The notes under the pieces were generated by a model that saw nothing but the letters and a program-made list of their open reading frames with translations, searched no databases and was not told the DNA's origin. Of a DNA stretch of 64,000 nt, positions 1 to 12,273 are shown one piece after another. The stretch is taken from contig NC_068982.1 of NCBI RefSeq assembly GCF_001194135.2, positions 39,240,600 to 39,304,599 on the forward strand, in the 5' to 3' direction. The stretch is from Octopus bimaculoides. Lineage: Eukaryota. Each line of letters starts with the position of its first letter. Positions within the stretch are counted from its first letter, which is position 1. The position numbers and the translations under genes were made by a program.

Positions 1-451
1 TGTGTGTGTGTGTGTGTGTGTGTACATGTGTAGGCGTGCGTGGGCGTGTGTATAATTTATAATTTATGAAAGCTGACACGTCAAGAATGTTTGTTCGTAG
101 CTTTTCGTTGCCAATTTTCAGTCGATTTATGTAGTGTTTAGTGTATTTAAGCAGAGAAAATGTTTGAAAAGGCTTGAACATCATTTAGAACGTTGAATCG
201 TCGAAATCGGAAAGGGAATATATTTGGTTAGCTGCATAACTCGGATTTGAAAAGTATTCGTAGAACGTAATTTCTCTCCCATTACGGAACCATCAATATT
301 AGAATAGTTCAAATGAGTTCACGACAAACATTTCTGCAAATTTGCTCAGTCAGATATTATAGAATTCAATTCCTCTGTAACTTTTGGATGTGTGATTAAC
401 AAAGAATGTATCGCAATATTTACGCTGATTTGTTTTTAAGATCCCTTAACT

Positions 452-1463
452 AAGGAGTTAAATCAGGTGAGTAAGGGAGGTGATCAACTAGTTGAAAGCC
501 ACAGTTACGCACAGCAGCCATTGAAACCAAGGACGTGTGCTGGAGCATTGTCCTGATGAAGTAAGACACCTTTCGTCAGTTTTCCTGAAGTTTGGTCCTG
601 ATAGCCTTTCGTAAGCGCTTCTGCAAGTTGGTATAGTACTCTCCATTGATGGTCTGGTCTTTTGAAGATAGTCAATAAACACAATGCATTTTGCATCCCA
701 AAACACTGAAGCCATCAAGATTCTCTGGAGATGAAACGACCTTGGCCTTCATTGGGGTAGGTGAGGGGAGTTCTCCATAGCATGCACTGTGTCTTTGTCT
801 CTGACTTAAAGTGATAGACCCAACACTCATCCTGGGTTAGGAAACGTTCAAGAAAACCAGCTGCATCTACCTCAAATGATCTTAGACTTTCCCGTTGTAT
901 GATCAGCCTGATGCACTTTGGATCAGGTGTCAGAAGACGTGGCATCTACCAAGCACAAATCTTCGTCATGCTAAGTTCATTGTACAGAATATTCTTAATT
1001 CTCTCGCGAGATATGCTGACAGCATTGACTATTTCATTTATAGTTAATCACTTGTCATCCATCTCCATGTGGTGAACACAATCATTGTTTCCCTCAGTTG
1101 TGGTAGTTGCAGGACGTCCAGACCTTCAGTCATCTTCAAGACTCTCCCTTCTAATTTCAGTCACCAACTTTTGCACTGTTGATAATGCTGGAGCGTCATC
1201 CCCTAATATAGTAACCATGTCAACATGAATATCCTTGCAGGGAAAACCCTTTTTCTGCAGGTACTTGATAATACCACAATGCTGAATTTGCTCCATTTTC
1301 AAGAGGGGTCGCTCCTTGAAATCTTCTTTGAAAAGTGAGATGTCAGTTTAGCTGGAAAGAGACAATGTACTTATTAATAAGATTTGAAATTAATGCATGC
1401 AAGATTTCAGAGCTGTAGCATCATTCGTCATAGTCAGCCTATGACCTTTTCTGCCCACCCTCG
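452..1463 (-). mobile_element. Mariner (DD34D-type) DNA transposon, 3'-truncated, transposase disrupted
   Basis: Minus strand starts TA|CGAGGGTGGGCAGAAAAG at 1463 (mariner-type TIR). ATG at 1296 gives MEQIQHCGIIKYLQKKG. Further motifs in shifting frames: PRLLTPD, CWVYHFKSETKTQCMLW, MASVFWDAKCIVFIDYL, VLLHQDNAPAH, HPPYSPDLTP. Homology stops right after YSPDL and there is no second TIR. Confidence 0.9.
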
Positions 1464-1489
1464 TATACTCCTATCCGGACAAGACGTCG

Positions 1490-1622
1490 GTCACATAATT
1501 ACTGAGTTTTATCAGCTGAGTGGACTGGAGCCACATGAAAGGAAGTCTTTTGCTTCATCCGGTTCAGGAATCGAGACCAAAATCTTACTTTCATGAGTCC
1601 AACACCCTAACCACTAAGCCAT
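1490..1622 (-). mobile_element. tRNA-derived SINE head fragment (family C-related)
   Basis: Reverse complement reads GATGGCTTAGTGGTTAGGGTGTTGGACTCATGA...GGTCTCGATTCC (A- and B-box-like). Shares GGACTGGAGC-ACATGAA with 32125-32150. Confidence 0.65.
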
Positions 1623-2607
1623 CTTTTAAAGATGGTTCAGAGTAATTCGACAGCCATTTGGCTGCTGTTTACAGCAGATCGAGCAACAATGCAAAAACGT
1701 GTTCGTTCGCTGGTTATCATAATCACACCCTCAAAATTATATGGCTGAAATTGCATGTAGACTGCTTGTAAGAATGTGTAACAATCAAACAACAATCGCA
1801 AATCTTGAAACTGTTTTTTTATTTCTCAGTTTCATTAGCGTTAGATTGCGTTAAGGTGATAATGGGGCTGCGTATGGCAACACAACGTTAGCGTATACCT
1901 CACATTTGCTTCAACGAATACGTTTAAAGATTCCATCTGCATCAATGATAAGACGACTTGGACGCATGCGCATATGCGTGCATTATGTGCATGTGTTTTC
2001 AAACATCAGGATATGTGTACACTTAATGTGCAAATACATTCGTGGTATTGTGAATATGTGTATGCGTGTACATGTGTATAATGTTCAACAGCTGCAAGTG
2101 ATCGAGAAACTGCATTATTATTACTGCCAACACTATATAACAGCTGAACTAACAAGAGAGGCTATATGCAGCTTTCAACCGACTAGAAACAGCAGCCTAA
2201 AATTCTAAAATAAAGCTAACATTCTTTTAAGGGGCCTTTAAAAGAAGATATGGTAACAACTGAAATGATTTTGGTCATTCATCTATTTACTGAGTGACGA
2301 CATGGTTTCAAATGATGATACCAGCAGCTAATACCACTCTCGCTACCATCCTCGTCTTCATTTATCTCACAATTCTTTTTAGTATGATTCCCTGGTTTGT
2401 CGTAGTATTAGCTAAAAAAACTTCTGTTATCATCACAGCAACAACCACCATCACCAGCAACAACACCAACACCACAAGCACATTTCCACATAACATCATC
2501 ACCACGACAACCACCACGATCACTATCACAAACCACCTGTATGAACGTAAGCACTGCAGCCGTACCACGACCATATCATTATAAATATTAGGTATGTGTA
2601 TGTATGC

Positions 2608-2652
<45 letters not shown>

Positions 2653-3706
2653 NNNNNNNNNNTATGCATATTATATATATATATATATCTTCAAATGTGA
2701 AATAGAAGCAGCGCTAGTGTAATTAACATTATCGACTACACATACTTAACGTACACACTGTATTTATTTGCCGACAGGCTGCGATTTGAAATGGTGGAGA
2801 TTACTCTCTCTCAAAGCGCCGGGTGTTAAAATACCTAAAAGTCATGGACAGGTGAGACAACTCACCCCAGATCTATTTTCAGGAGTGATGGACATCGATG
2901 TACCGCCACTTTTTGGCGGCTACTTTGAGTAAACTGTTAAATCCAAGTTATGTTTTATTTCATATACTTTTATTAATGGATGGGTTATTGTAGGGTTTTT
3001 TTTTCCTTTTACGCAAACTGTTAAATTGTGGCTGAATACCCTATATATAAGAAAAGTTTGAGCAGAACATACAAAAACACACTCACACATACACACGCCC
3101 TAACACGACGGATATCAACTCAATAGACCCGTTTCCACTCCCTAATATAAGCACCACATATATAGTACTCCTACACACACCTCATACCTGCTTAAGTGCT
3201 TCAAAGAATTTAACAAAAACATAAACAAAAAATATGCAATCGAACACATAGATGCATATGCGGCTGTTGAGCACTTGCCCAACACCACCTTAAGAACGCT
3301 ACACATATTGTGCCACTGCACGCATTACAATTCTACAAGAACACCAACCCTAAACCATTCAAACATTTCCTATACACGCTTTTCCAGAAAACCCTTGTCA
3401 CCATGCAATACTCCCAGAAATGATGTTTTGGTGTGAAGGGACATAACTCGGACATACCTCAAACCTTGCTCGGCTCGTTTCGTCATCTTTTTCATTGCAA
3501 CCACAGACCGGATGTTTCTTTTCACCTCTAACAATAGAGAGCAGTCGCCATATTCCATATTTCATCCATAACTGCCACCTCTGAAGAGAACAGGATTACA
3601 TAAGCAAGCTGATACAAAACACTCTGTTGAACCCCTAGTACGAAACCGAATGTTAAGATCAGCCGTAATGGATATATATTACAGTACATTTTGATATATA
3701 TGTATG

Positions 3707-3754
<48 letters not shown>

Positions 3755-3937
3755 NNNNNNNNNNNNNNNNNNNNNNNNNNNNNNNNNNNNNNNNNNNNNN
3801 NNNNNNNNNNNNNNNNNNNNNNNNNNNNNNNNNNNNNNNNNNNNNNNNNNNNNNNNNNNNNNNNNNNNNNNNNNNNNNNNNNNNNNNNNNNNNNNNNNNN
3901 NNNNNNNNNNNNNNNNNNNNNNNNNNNNNNNNNNNNN

Positions 3938-3973
<36 letters not shown>

Positions 3974-3979
3974 TAGATG

Positions 3980-4039
<60 letters not shown>

Positions 4040-4057
4040 TTCACACACGCATATGCT

Positions 4058-4263
4058 TTCTACTACAGGTATATGGCGTGAAACTTTCGGGGAGGGAAAT
4101 AATCGATCATATCGACCCAGTGTTCGATTGGTACTTATTTTATCTATTCTGAAAGGATGAAGGGCAAAGTCAGACTAGGCGGAATTTGAGAGTAAAGCGT
4201 AAACACGTCTGAAATGCCACTAAGCATTTTTCCCGACGTGTTAACAATTCTACCAGTTCGCTG
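4058..4263 (-). mobile_element. SINE family B copy
   Basis: Aligns with other B copies: GGTACTTATTTTATC...GAAAGGATGAAGGGCAAAGTC...GGCGGAATTTGA...TAAGCATTTTTCCCGACGTGTTAACAATTCT. Confidence 0.8.
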
Positions 4264-4443
4264 TATGTATGTATGTATGTATGTATGTATGTATGTATGT
4301 ATGTATGTATGTATACAGACTGCGAGTATTACTGTTTTGGGGAGTCGTATTTTAGTAGTAGTTTTAGAAATAGTAGTTTTTGTTGCTATTTCTAATTTTC
4401 GGTGTGTGGTGAAGCAATACTTGCTGAACCCTAAATTTTAAAT

Positions 4444-4500
<57 letters not shown>

Positions 4501-4964
4501 TCTCTCTCTCTCTCTCTCGCATGTTCACGCACACATACGCACAGATATTCAAGCATCCTCCTTAATCCAATCAAAATCGCTGAGATGAATAGAAGAGAAT
4601 GCTTTTGCGGAATACGATGGATGAGTATTAAAAAAATGGTGATAAAATTAAAAACCGGACAAAATTTATATATATAGATAGCAGTTAAATTAATTATTGT
4701 TTTTGTTGACACACGAAAATTGTTATTAGAAACAAAATTGCTAACCACCTTACAAACAGAAAACCAATAATCCTTCCTATGGCAGGATCAAGACCTGAAG
4801 CTTTGGGGGAGGGAGACATACGATCATATTAACCCCGATGCTCAACAGGTGCTTATTTTATCAACCCCGAACGGATGAAAGGTAAAGTCTTGGGTAAGCG
4901 TTCTGTGAAAAGTTTCCTTCGGTAGAAAATGTGTGAAACCTCACTGTATAGGTATTCATACGTA

Positions 4965-5161
4965 TGTGTGTGAGTCTTTCTGTTTGTACTCCCAGCGGTG
5001 TTGGTTTATTGACATCGTAACTTAGCGTTTCGACTCAAGAAAACTATAAAATACGTACCGCATTTAAAAATAATTAGTGGGTCGATTTATTCGACTAAAC
5101 CCTTCAAGGCAGTGCTTAAGCATGACCGCAGTCTAAAGTCTGAAACAGGTAAAAGATAAAA
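4965..5161 (+). mobile_element. SINE family A 3' module
   Basis: GGTGTTGGTTT...CGTAACTTAGCG...GGGTCGATTTATTCGACTAAA...GCATGACCGCAGTC...GAAACAGGTAAAAGATAAAA matches the 3' half of full A copies. Confidence 0.8.
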
Positions 5162-5164
5162 ATA

Positions 5165-5580
5165 TTCTTTTCTACACCAGGTACAAGGCCCGAAATTTTG
5201 GGGGCAGGTTGATTAGATCGACCCTAGTACGCAACTGGTACTTAATTTATCGACCCTGAAAAGATAAAAGGCAAAGTCGACCTCGGCGGAATTTGAACTC
5301 AGAACGTAAAGACAGACGAAATACCGCTAAGCAATTCACCCGGCATGCTAACGTTTCTTATTTCTTTATTGCCCACAAGGGGCTAAACATAGAGGGGACA
5401 AACAAGGACAAAGAGATTAAGTCGATTACATCGACCCCAGTACGTAACTTTACTTTATTTATCGACCCCGAAAAGATAAAAAGCAAATTCGACCTCGGTG
5501 GAATTTGAACTCAGAACGTAACGGCAGATGAAATACCGCTAATCACTTCGCCCGGCTCGCTAACCTTTCTGCCAGCCTTA
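5165..5580 (-). mobile_element. Two tandem SINE family B copies; the second has a different 3' tail
   Basis: ATCGACCC(T/C)GAAAAGATAAAAG...GACCTCGG(C/T)GGAATTTGAACTCAGAACGTAA occurs twice (about 5250 and 5460). The second copy has the tail CTTTATTGCCCACAAGGGGCTAAACATAGAGGGGACA, also seen near 6172-6230. Confidence 0.85.
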
Positions 5581-6659
5581 GAAGATAAAACTATTAAAAA
5601 CAGAAGTAGCATACAGGAAAATGTCTAGGTTGAGAGGAATCTAAAGTAATATACTTAATTTTATTCAATAGATATATATACAGATACATATTTTTTTACT
5701 GGTCAGACAAAGCTATAAGAAAGTAATAAGCATGGAAATAACAACGAACCCGATTTTAGATTCAACTATGTATTTACCAAAGATGAATGGCATAAAACAC
5801 ACAGATCGAAGGCAGCTCAAAGCTGTTATAATTAATTGATTCCGAAACACAAGTCGTCACAAAATATCAGAGTTCAAGCGCAGAGCTGTAACAAATAGCT
5901 GAATATACATCTCAGTTCTTAAAGATAGGTGGAGTTCCTTGGTTCATAGCGAATCCTCGAAAGGCGGTCAAAACAGAAGGGAGGTCACTCTTACCGTTTT
6001 CTAGTTACGTTGTTTACTGTTTATGTCGTCGTTCTGCCTTTCATTTCAGCAGCCGTCGAGAAAGACAAAATGACACTTAGAATGACACTTGTCATTCTAA
6101 AGTGAGCTAGTGATAAACATTAGTCGTCTCTGTTCCTGGTCATCTCGCCAAGCTCCCTTCACTAACTAATTTCTTTATTGCCAATACATGGCTAACATAG
6201 AGGGGACAGCACAAGGACAAGACAAAAACATTTAGGGACTGGGGTTATACATTAGTTAGTCAGGGTAAAAATCGAGTATAATGAAATCGAAAGGATTAAT
6301 CAAATTAAAATAAATTATAAATTAAATGATAATATATAGTTTTTTCCGGGTTTGTGTTCAGCCTGCTGTTTTTGTTTTCCCCTTTTTTCTTCTTTATAAG
6401 TATTAATTTTTGTTTTTTTTCTTCCGTTTTTTTTTGTTGCTTCTTTTCCGTTCCGACCGGCTACACGAGCTCGGCTCCATTCAATCTCAACTTCCTTACA
6501 ACATTTGTCCATCTTTTCTCGAACGTTCTTTGAGTCAGGTACCTCTTCTCCAGACTGATCTTCTTGGACAGGTGGTAGTTAAAAAAACTAACCAACCTGT
6601 GTCCGAAGATGACGTTGCCTGTCTCAATTCCTCTTCCACGTGTCACCCATACTATCTCT

Positions 6660-7326
6660 GGATCTATTTCAAAACGGGGGCACCAGTTTTCATTTATGTT
6701 TTATGTAGTGTTTTTGGTACCGAAAGACTTTCAAACTTCGTATACTTATCTATTTTGTGTTATAGAACAGAAAAAAAATTTTGTATTCGAATTTATTTCA
6801 TGCAAAAAATTGTCTTATTTCGATAATTTCTACTAATCACTGACGTCTATTCAGTTGAAAACAGTTAGCGCTGTAACGGTGTATATCGTATTAATCCCCT
6901 AACCCTAACCCTAACCCTAACTAGACTGTTAACCCTAACCCTAACCCTAACCCTAAAACTAAGCCTAACTCTAGAATCCGAACTCTAAAATTGTTACACA
7001 CATAGATACGCACAGCGTAATTTATTATATAAACAATATATGCGTATAAATTACGATTAAACCGGATGAAATATGTCACAGGGAATAAAATTTTTATGAC
7101 CGCCCAGCAGTAACTCTATTCAGCTGAATAGACGTCAGTGGTTGGTTGGAATTACAGAAATACGACAACTTTAACATGGAATAACTTGCGATGTACGTTT
7201 TTTTGTTAAGAAGACTAAGAGTAAAAGATGTTTTATATGACACATTCTACCAGTGTCCCAAGTTTCAAAGTGTTTCGTTAGTGTTTCGTTAAGAAAATAC
7301 TGGTGCCCCCGTTTTGAAATAGATCC
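6660..7326. mobile_element. Non-autonomous DNA transposon (MITE), Merlin-like by its termini
   Basis: Perfect 28-bp TIR GGATCTATTTCAAAACGGGGGCACCAGT (6660-6687 and 7299-7326). 8-bp TSD CTATCTCT (6652-6659 and 7327-7334). No ORF. GG-starting TIR with an 8-bp TSD fits Merlin, but the superfamily call is inference. Confidence 0.9.
6895..6966. repeat. Interstitial telomere-type (CCCTAA)n repeats inside the MITE
   Basis: Two runs of about four CCCTAA units separated by CTAGACTGTT, then degenerate units. Confidence 0.85.
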
Positions 7327-8903
7327 CTATCTCTTTCAATACGACTAATACGCAGAAAAATTACGCCTCCTTTTCCTTGTTAAAGGAGGGGGCGGTACAA
7401 TCTTGATGATAGACTCAATCAATAACCGTACTCTTTCCGTTTCCGACATCAGTTGTTCAACATAGGTTATTAATCCCCTCAGTTCCTCACAATGTACTAA
7501 GGCGTGCGTGAAAGTTTCACTGACATGCCCTCACCTCGGGCATGAGGGTGGGGTACCAACACCATACCATGACAACCTCTCTCGAACTGGCAAGGCCGAT
7601 CGGTAGCACAACCAGGCCAGGGATTTCTGGAAGTTATTCAGATACCTCGGCCCGAATGTTCTTCCGAACAGGTTGTCAAGCTGGTTCCCATCGAAGCCTA
7701 GAGACTCCCCCAGGACGTCGTAGACATGTGCTCTCCCAACCTGCTATAAAAATCCGCTGTGGTAGCCCCGCTGTCGGTATTGCTCGCTCAGGAGAACAAA
7801 GCGAGTGCATATCTACACTCCCTCAGCCATTCGCTCATTTTCGGTCTCCGCGTGATCCATGTGCCTACGTTCCGCAGAGACGTCAATTGTGACAGGAAGA
7901 ACTTGACATCCAAGTAGAGTCAGAGATGTCTCAGCCTCAGCGCATACTTGCGCATCATCAGCCAAGGCATCCCTAATTCAACCCTTAACGGTTTCTGACA
8001 GCAGATACAGCACCTCACAAGTGGTGGTTTCCCATTCCACAAAAAGCGGAAAAGGATCCGTTCCAGCTTGGTCAGCCACATACCGGGGCAAAGCACAACG
8101 GTTAGGCGGTAGGTTATCACAGATGCTATAAACACCTGTGCAACGTCGGCCCTCCCTAGCAAGGATAGCGTCCTCCCAGTCCAGGTCTGGGTTATGGCCG
8201 TCACCTTGCTTGTGACCTCGCTCCAGTTTTTCTCCATCTGGAGGTCCGGTCCAAACCAGATCCCGAGCAGTTTTACCGGGACCTCCGTCCAACGTCCCAC
8301 AACGTTGTTAGGAGGCATCACCTTGCCCCTCCAGGTGCCGAGTTGCCAGCCGACTGATTTTTCCTGGTTAACTTTTGCTCCTACCACCACTTCGTATCTT
8401 TTAATGGTGTCTTCTACGGGAGGTAGCTACCCTTCATCAGACACGANNNNNNNNNNNNNNNNNNNNNNNNNNNNNNNNNNNNNNNNNNNNNNNNNNNNNN
8501 NNNNNNNNNNNNNNNNNNNNNNNNNNNNNNNNNNNNNNNNNNNNNNNNNNNNNNNNNNNNNNNNNNNNNNNNNNNNNNNNNNNNNNNNNNNNNNNNNNNN
8601 NNNNNNNNNNNNNNNNNNNNNNNNNNNNNNNNNNNNNNNNNNNNNNNNNNNNNNNNNNNNNNNNNNNNNNNNNNNNNNNNNNNNNNNNNNNNNNNNNNNN
8701 NNNNNNNNNNNNNNNNNNNNNNNNNNNNNNNNNNNNNNNNNNNNNNNNNNNNNNNNNNNNNNNNNNNNNNNNNNNNNNNNNNNNNNNNNNNNNNNNNNNN
8801 NNNNNNNNNNNNNNNNNNNNNNNNNNNNNNNNNNNNNNNNNNNNNNNNNNNNNNNNNNNNNNNNNNNNNNNNNNNNNNNNNNNNNNNNNNNNNNNNNNNN
8901 NNN

Positions 8904-8947
<44 letters not shown>

Positions 8948-8950
<3 letters not shown>

Positions 8951-10230
8951 GATGGGGCAAAATGATCTGAAACATTTGTAGGTTTAATTAAAGTAAAATA
9001 GAGTAAAGAACGATAGATGTGCTTTTATTTTCGATATGAACATAGATTGCCATTTTGTTTTAATTTGTGATAATTTGTTTCATTTCGTTTTCAGTTGCCA
9101 ACAGGATTTGGACGGGCAAGCATTACGCTTTCATTATGAAAGTGCTTATCAAGAACAACGAATCCGTAACTGCAACACGAAGAGTGTTCTGTGTGCATTT
9201 TAGGCTTGGCAGACATGATCCCGTACCTATTCGAAACACGATTTTGTTATGGATTACCAGCTTCAGACCTAGTGGATCAGCATTGAGACGAAAATCAACT
9301 GGCCGACCTTGGACCGCCAGAACTCTGGAAAATGAAGAAGCGGTAAGAGCTTACATTCCCCACAACGTTCTGCACGGAAACACGCCGCTGCTTTTTGGCC
9401 TTTCGATAGAAGTTCGCGAAGAATTCTTCACCAGGAAATGCAGATGCATCCATACAAAATGGTTTTGACACAAGAACTCAATGAAAGAAGCTTTAAAACT
9501 CGCAGAGCATTGTGTTTGGAAATTCAACATGTCCCCACCCCACCAGCACTTTCTTGTGTTTTCAGTGACGAGGCCCATTCTCACATGTGTGGCCGCGTGA
9601 ATAAGCAAAACTTCCGATACTGGGCTGAGAACAACCTTCGTGCATTGTCCTCGGGTGACTGTATGGTGTGCAGTAGCAGAATTCGGCATTTGGAGTCTGT
9701 ACTTCTCCGAAGAAGACAATTTTATAGTGATTGTGAACTCTGATCAATATTGTCTGATGCTAGAGATTTTTCTGAAACCCAAACTGAATGAACTTGACGA
9801 CAGGGACAATGTTTGGTTTCAACAGGATGGGGCAACAGCCCACACTTCTCGACGTACTCCGGTCATTTGGCTGGCCCGCCTGGTCACCTGATTTGAATCC
9901 GTGCGATTTTTTTCTGTGGGAATACCTGAAATCAAAGGTATACACTCATCGCCCTCGATCTCTTGAACAATTAAAAGCTGCCATTCATCAAGAAATTGCT
10001 GCCATTCCACATGAAATGACCCGTCGAGTTATGGACAACTTTCGTGAACACCTTCGACAGTGTGTAAACAATGACGGCAGGCACACACGTGACTGATTTA
10101 ATTTTTAAAACCAAATGAGGCAAAATGGCATTATATGTACATTTCGAAAATAAGAACACATTTTTCGTTCTTTATTTTATTTTGCTGTCATTAAACCTAT
10201 AAATATGTCAGATTATTTTGCCGCATCCTG
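8948..10230 (+). mobile_element. IS630-Tc1-mariner transposon with both TIRs and a defective transposase
   Basis: TIR CAGGATGGGGCAAAATGATCTGA at 8948 is inverted at 10208-10230 (CAGGATGCGGCAAAATAATCTGA), with TA on both sides. Motifs across frameshifts: TILLWITSF..SGS, GRPWTAR, FSDEAH, VNKQNFRYW, WFQQDGATAHT, SPDLNPCDFFLWEYLKSKVY, CVNNDGRH. Confidence 0.93.
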
Positions 10231-11524
10231 TATATATATATATATAGAAGAGATTGAGAGAGAGAGTGTATGTATGTGTGTGTGAGAGAGAGAGAGAGGG
10301 AGAGAGAGAGGCAGATAGACAGGCAGGGAGAGGGAAAGAGATCATGTGCTTATAACAGGTTTTGCTTAGCTGCTATTTCTTAGGTATATGTATTGCTAAC
10401 TGTGCAAAGGTAAATTCTACAAACAATTGTGTTTTATAATGAGATTTAAATTACTTTAAGGGAAAGAATGTGATTAGAAAAGTCAATATTAGATAAGACA
10501 TCAAACTGGATGCCACGGGAGACTGACTATAAAAAGCATCAATATTTAATAAAATGTTTAATTGGATGACCGAAGAAGGTAGATATATGAAAGGAAGAGA
10601 AAGGGAAGAATTTGTATGAACTGATTTGGTGTGGGAGCTATAAGTAAATTAAAGTAAAATGAAATTGAATTAGTAATATTAAACTATAGTGGCTGATACA
10701 TTTGTGGAAGCTATATTACGCTTGAAACTTTTCTGAAAGATAACTGCCAGATAGTACATCTACCTGGGAAAGTGAGTAAAATTTTTGATTTAAGTTAGTT
10801 GATATATTAAAGCTAAATAAAGATTGTGCTATAGTTAAAATAAAGGAGAGAAAAGGAGAGGGTATTTTGGAAGATAGATAGAGATTAATATGGATGCTAT
10901 TAAGATTACCATATCAGTCAGGTGCATGTTTAAAATATTACAAGTCCGTATTTTACTACATTTTTTTCAAAATGTATATCTATCTAAAGATTCTCTGCTA
11001 ATGAATTTCGTGGACGTAAACTTCGCAGAAGCTCACTGCGTGCGTATACATACATAAATACATACATACATAAATACATACATACATACATACATACTGC
11101 CTTCGAAACGCGGAGTTGATGGAATAGGGACAACTGATGAAGGAAAATATTCTTTATGTTGCATGTCTCGTTTCTCTGTTTGTTTGTTTTTTTTCGTTGT
11201 TCGAAAAAAAGTTCGTTTTCTGTCTTCGTTTAACGTTTTTTTTGTTTTTTTTTTGTGATGTCCTGTACCCATATATGCATGTATGTATACATATAGATGT
11301 AAGTATGGACATATATGTATGGATATATGCATATATTTTTATATTATTTATATTATTACATACATGCATACATACATACACACACCCACACGCATGCATG
11401 CATACATACGTACGTTCGTATGTATGATAGATATACTATATAAAAAGATATAATTATATATGTGTTTGTGTGTGCGTGCACACATATATGTGTGAGTGTG
11501 TACTTATGTATGAGTGTATGAGTA

Positions 11525-11725
11525 TGTGTCCTTGTGTTTGCCTTACACAGCCTGACATCTAGTGTTGGTTGTTTATGTCCCCGTAATTTATCGGTTCGGT
11601 AGAATGAAACCGGTAGAATAAGAGAATAAGTACCAGACGGAAGATAAGTACTGGAAACAATTTAATTGATTTCATTGTATTACCCGCATGACCGCTGTAA
11701 CTATGATTAAAACAAGTAATAGAAA
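11525..11725 (+). mobile_element. SINE family A 3' module
   Basis: GTGTTGGTTGTTTATGTCCCCGTAATTTATCGGTTCGG...AATAAGTACCAG...GCATGACCGC...AAACAAGTAA. Confidence 0.75.
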
Positions 11726-11813
11726 GACTCGGTATTTTTTTTAAACAACGATTAATCGTTAAAATTTAGAATTTTAATCACAAAATATTTTGTGGAAGAT
11801 CTGATTTAATACT

Positions 11814-12027
11814 GGTTTTAAATTTTGGCACAAGGCCTGCAATTTCGGGGAGAGGGTGAAGTCTATTACATCGATCCCAGTGCCCAACAGGCACTTATTT
11901 TATTTATCTCGAAAGATTGAAATGCAAAGTCATCCTCGGCGCAATTTGAACTCAATATGTCAACTCGAAAGAAATAGCTCTAAGCATTTCGTCCCACGAG
12001 GTAACGATTCCGCCAGCTCGCCGCCTT
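11814..12027 (-). mobile_element. SINE family B copy with target-site duplication
   Basis: Full B consensus on the minus strand, flanked by AAGATCTGATTTAATACT (11796-11813) and AAGATCTAATTTAATACT (12028-12045), 17 of 18 identical. Confidence 0.88.
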
Positions 12028-12057
12028 AAGATCTAATTTAATACTAAAACAACTAGG

Positions 12058-12273
12058 AAGGCGGCGAGCCGACAAAATCGTTAGCTCGCTGAGGAAAATG
12101 CTTAGGGGCATTTTGTCCAGCTTTACGTTCTCAGTTCAAATTCCACCAACTTTGATTTTGCCTTTTATCTTTTCGGAGTCGACACAATAAGTACCTGTTT
12201 AGCACTGGGGTCGATGTAATCCACTACTCGCTTCCCTCAAATTACTGGCCTTGTTCTAAAATTTGAAACCAAT
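12058..12273 (+). mobile_element. SINE family B copy
   Basis: AAGGCGGCGAGC...AATCGTTAGC...CAGTTCAAATTCC (B-box-like)...GCCTTTTATCTTTTCGGAGTCGA...AATAAGTACC...GGGGTCGATGTAATC...AAATTTGAAACCAAT. Confidence 0.88.

Larger units (their letters stand above)
6370..8446 (-). mobile_element. L1/Tx1-clade non-LTR retrotransposon, 3' part of ORF2, interrupted by a MITE; 5' part runs into a gap
   Basis: ORF 7920-8390 has post-RT motifs GAKVNQEKS, KLLGIWFG, WTGRTLSLLGR, FRFLWNG and LGMP. Zinc knuckle CPR*GHVSETFTHALVHC at about 7487-7545 (CX2CX8HX4C, second Cys now a stop). C-terminus KEIVWVTR...FEKRW...ELV* ends at 6461, followed by an A-rich minus-strand tail to about 6370. Confidence 0.88.

Noticed and set aside
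60-450. Transposon-like non-coding sequence at the window start
   Set aside because: No TIR pair, TSD, ORF or second copy in the window to support a call.
3575-3650. CTGAAGAG ... CGAAAC possible hammerhead
   Set aside because: The 55-nt interval does not form a stem II closing on both core boxes, and stems I and III are not evident.
6074-6104. 13-bp hairpin CACTTAGAATGAC-actt-GTCATTCTAAAGTG
   Set aside because: Single short imperfect stem with no other copy or context; not distinguishable from chance or a TE relic.
6895-6966. Telomere or chromosome-fusion scar
   Set aside because: The array is short and lies inside a TIR/TSD-bounded element, far from any sequence end.
11098-11150. TTCGAAAC ... 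CTGATGAAGG permuted hammerhead
   Set aside because: Both boxes are present but stem I does not pair and stem II would consume core bases; at most a PLE-end relic.
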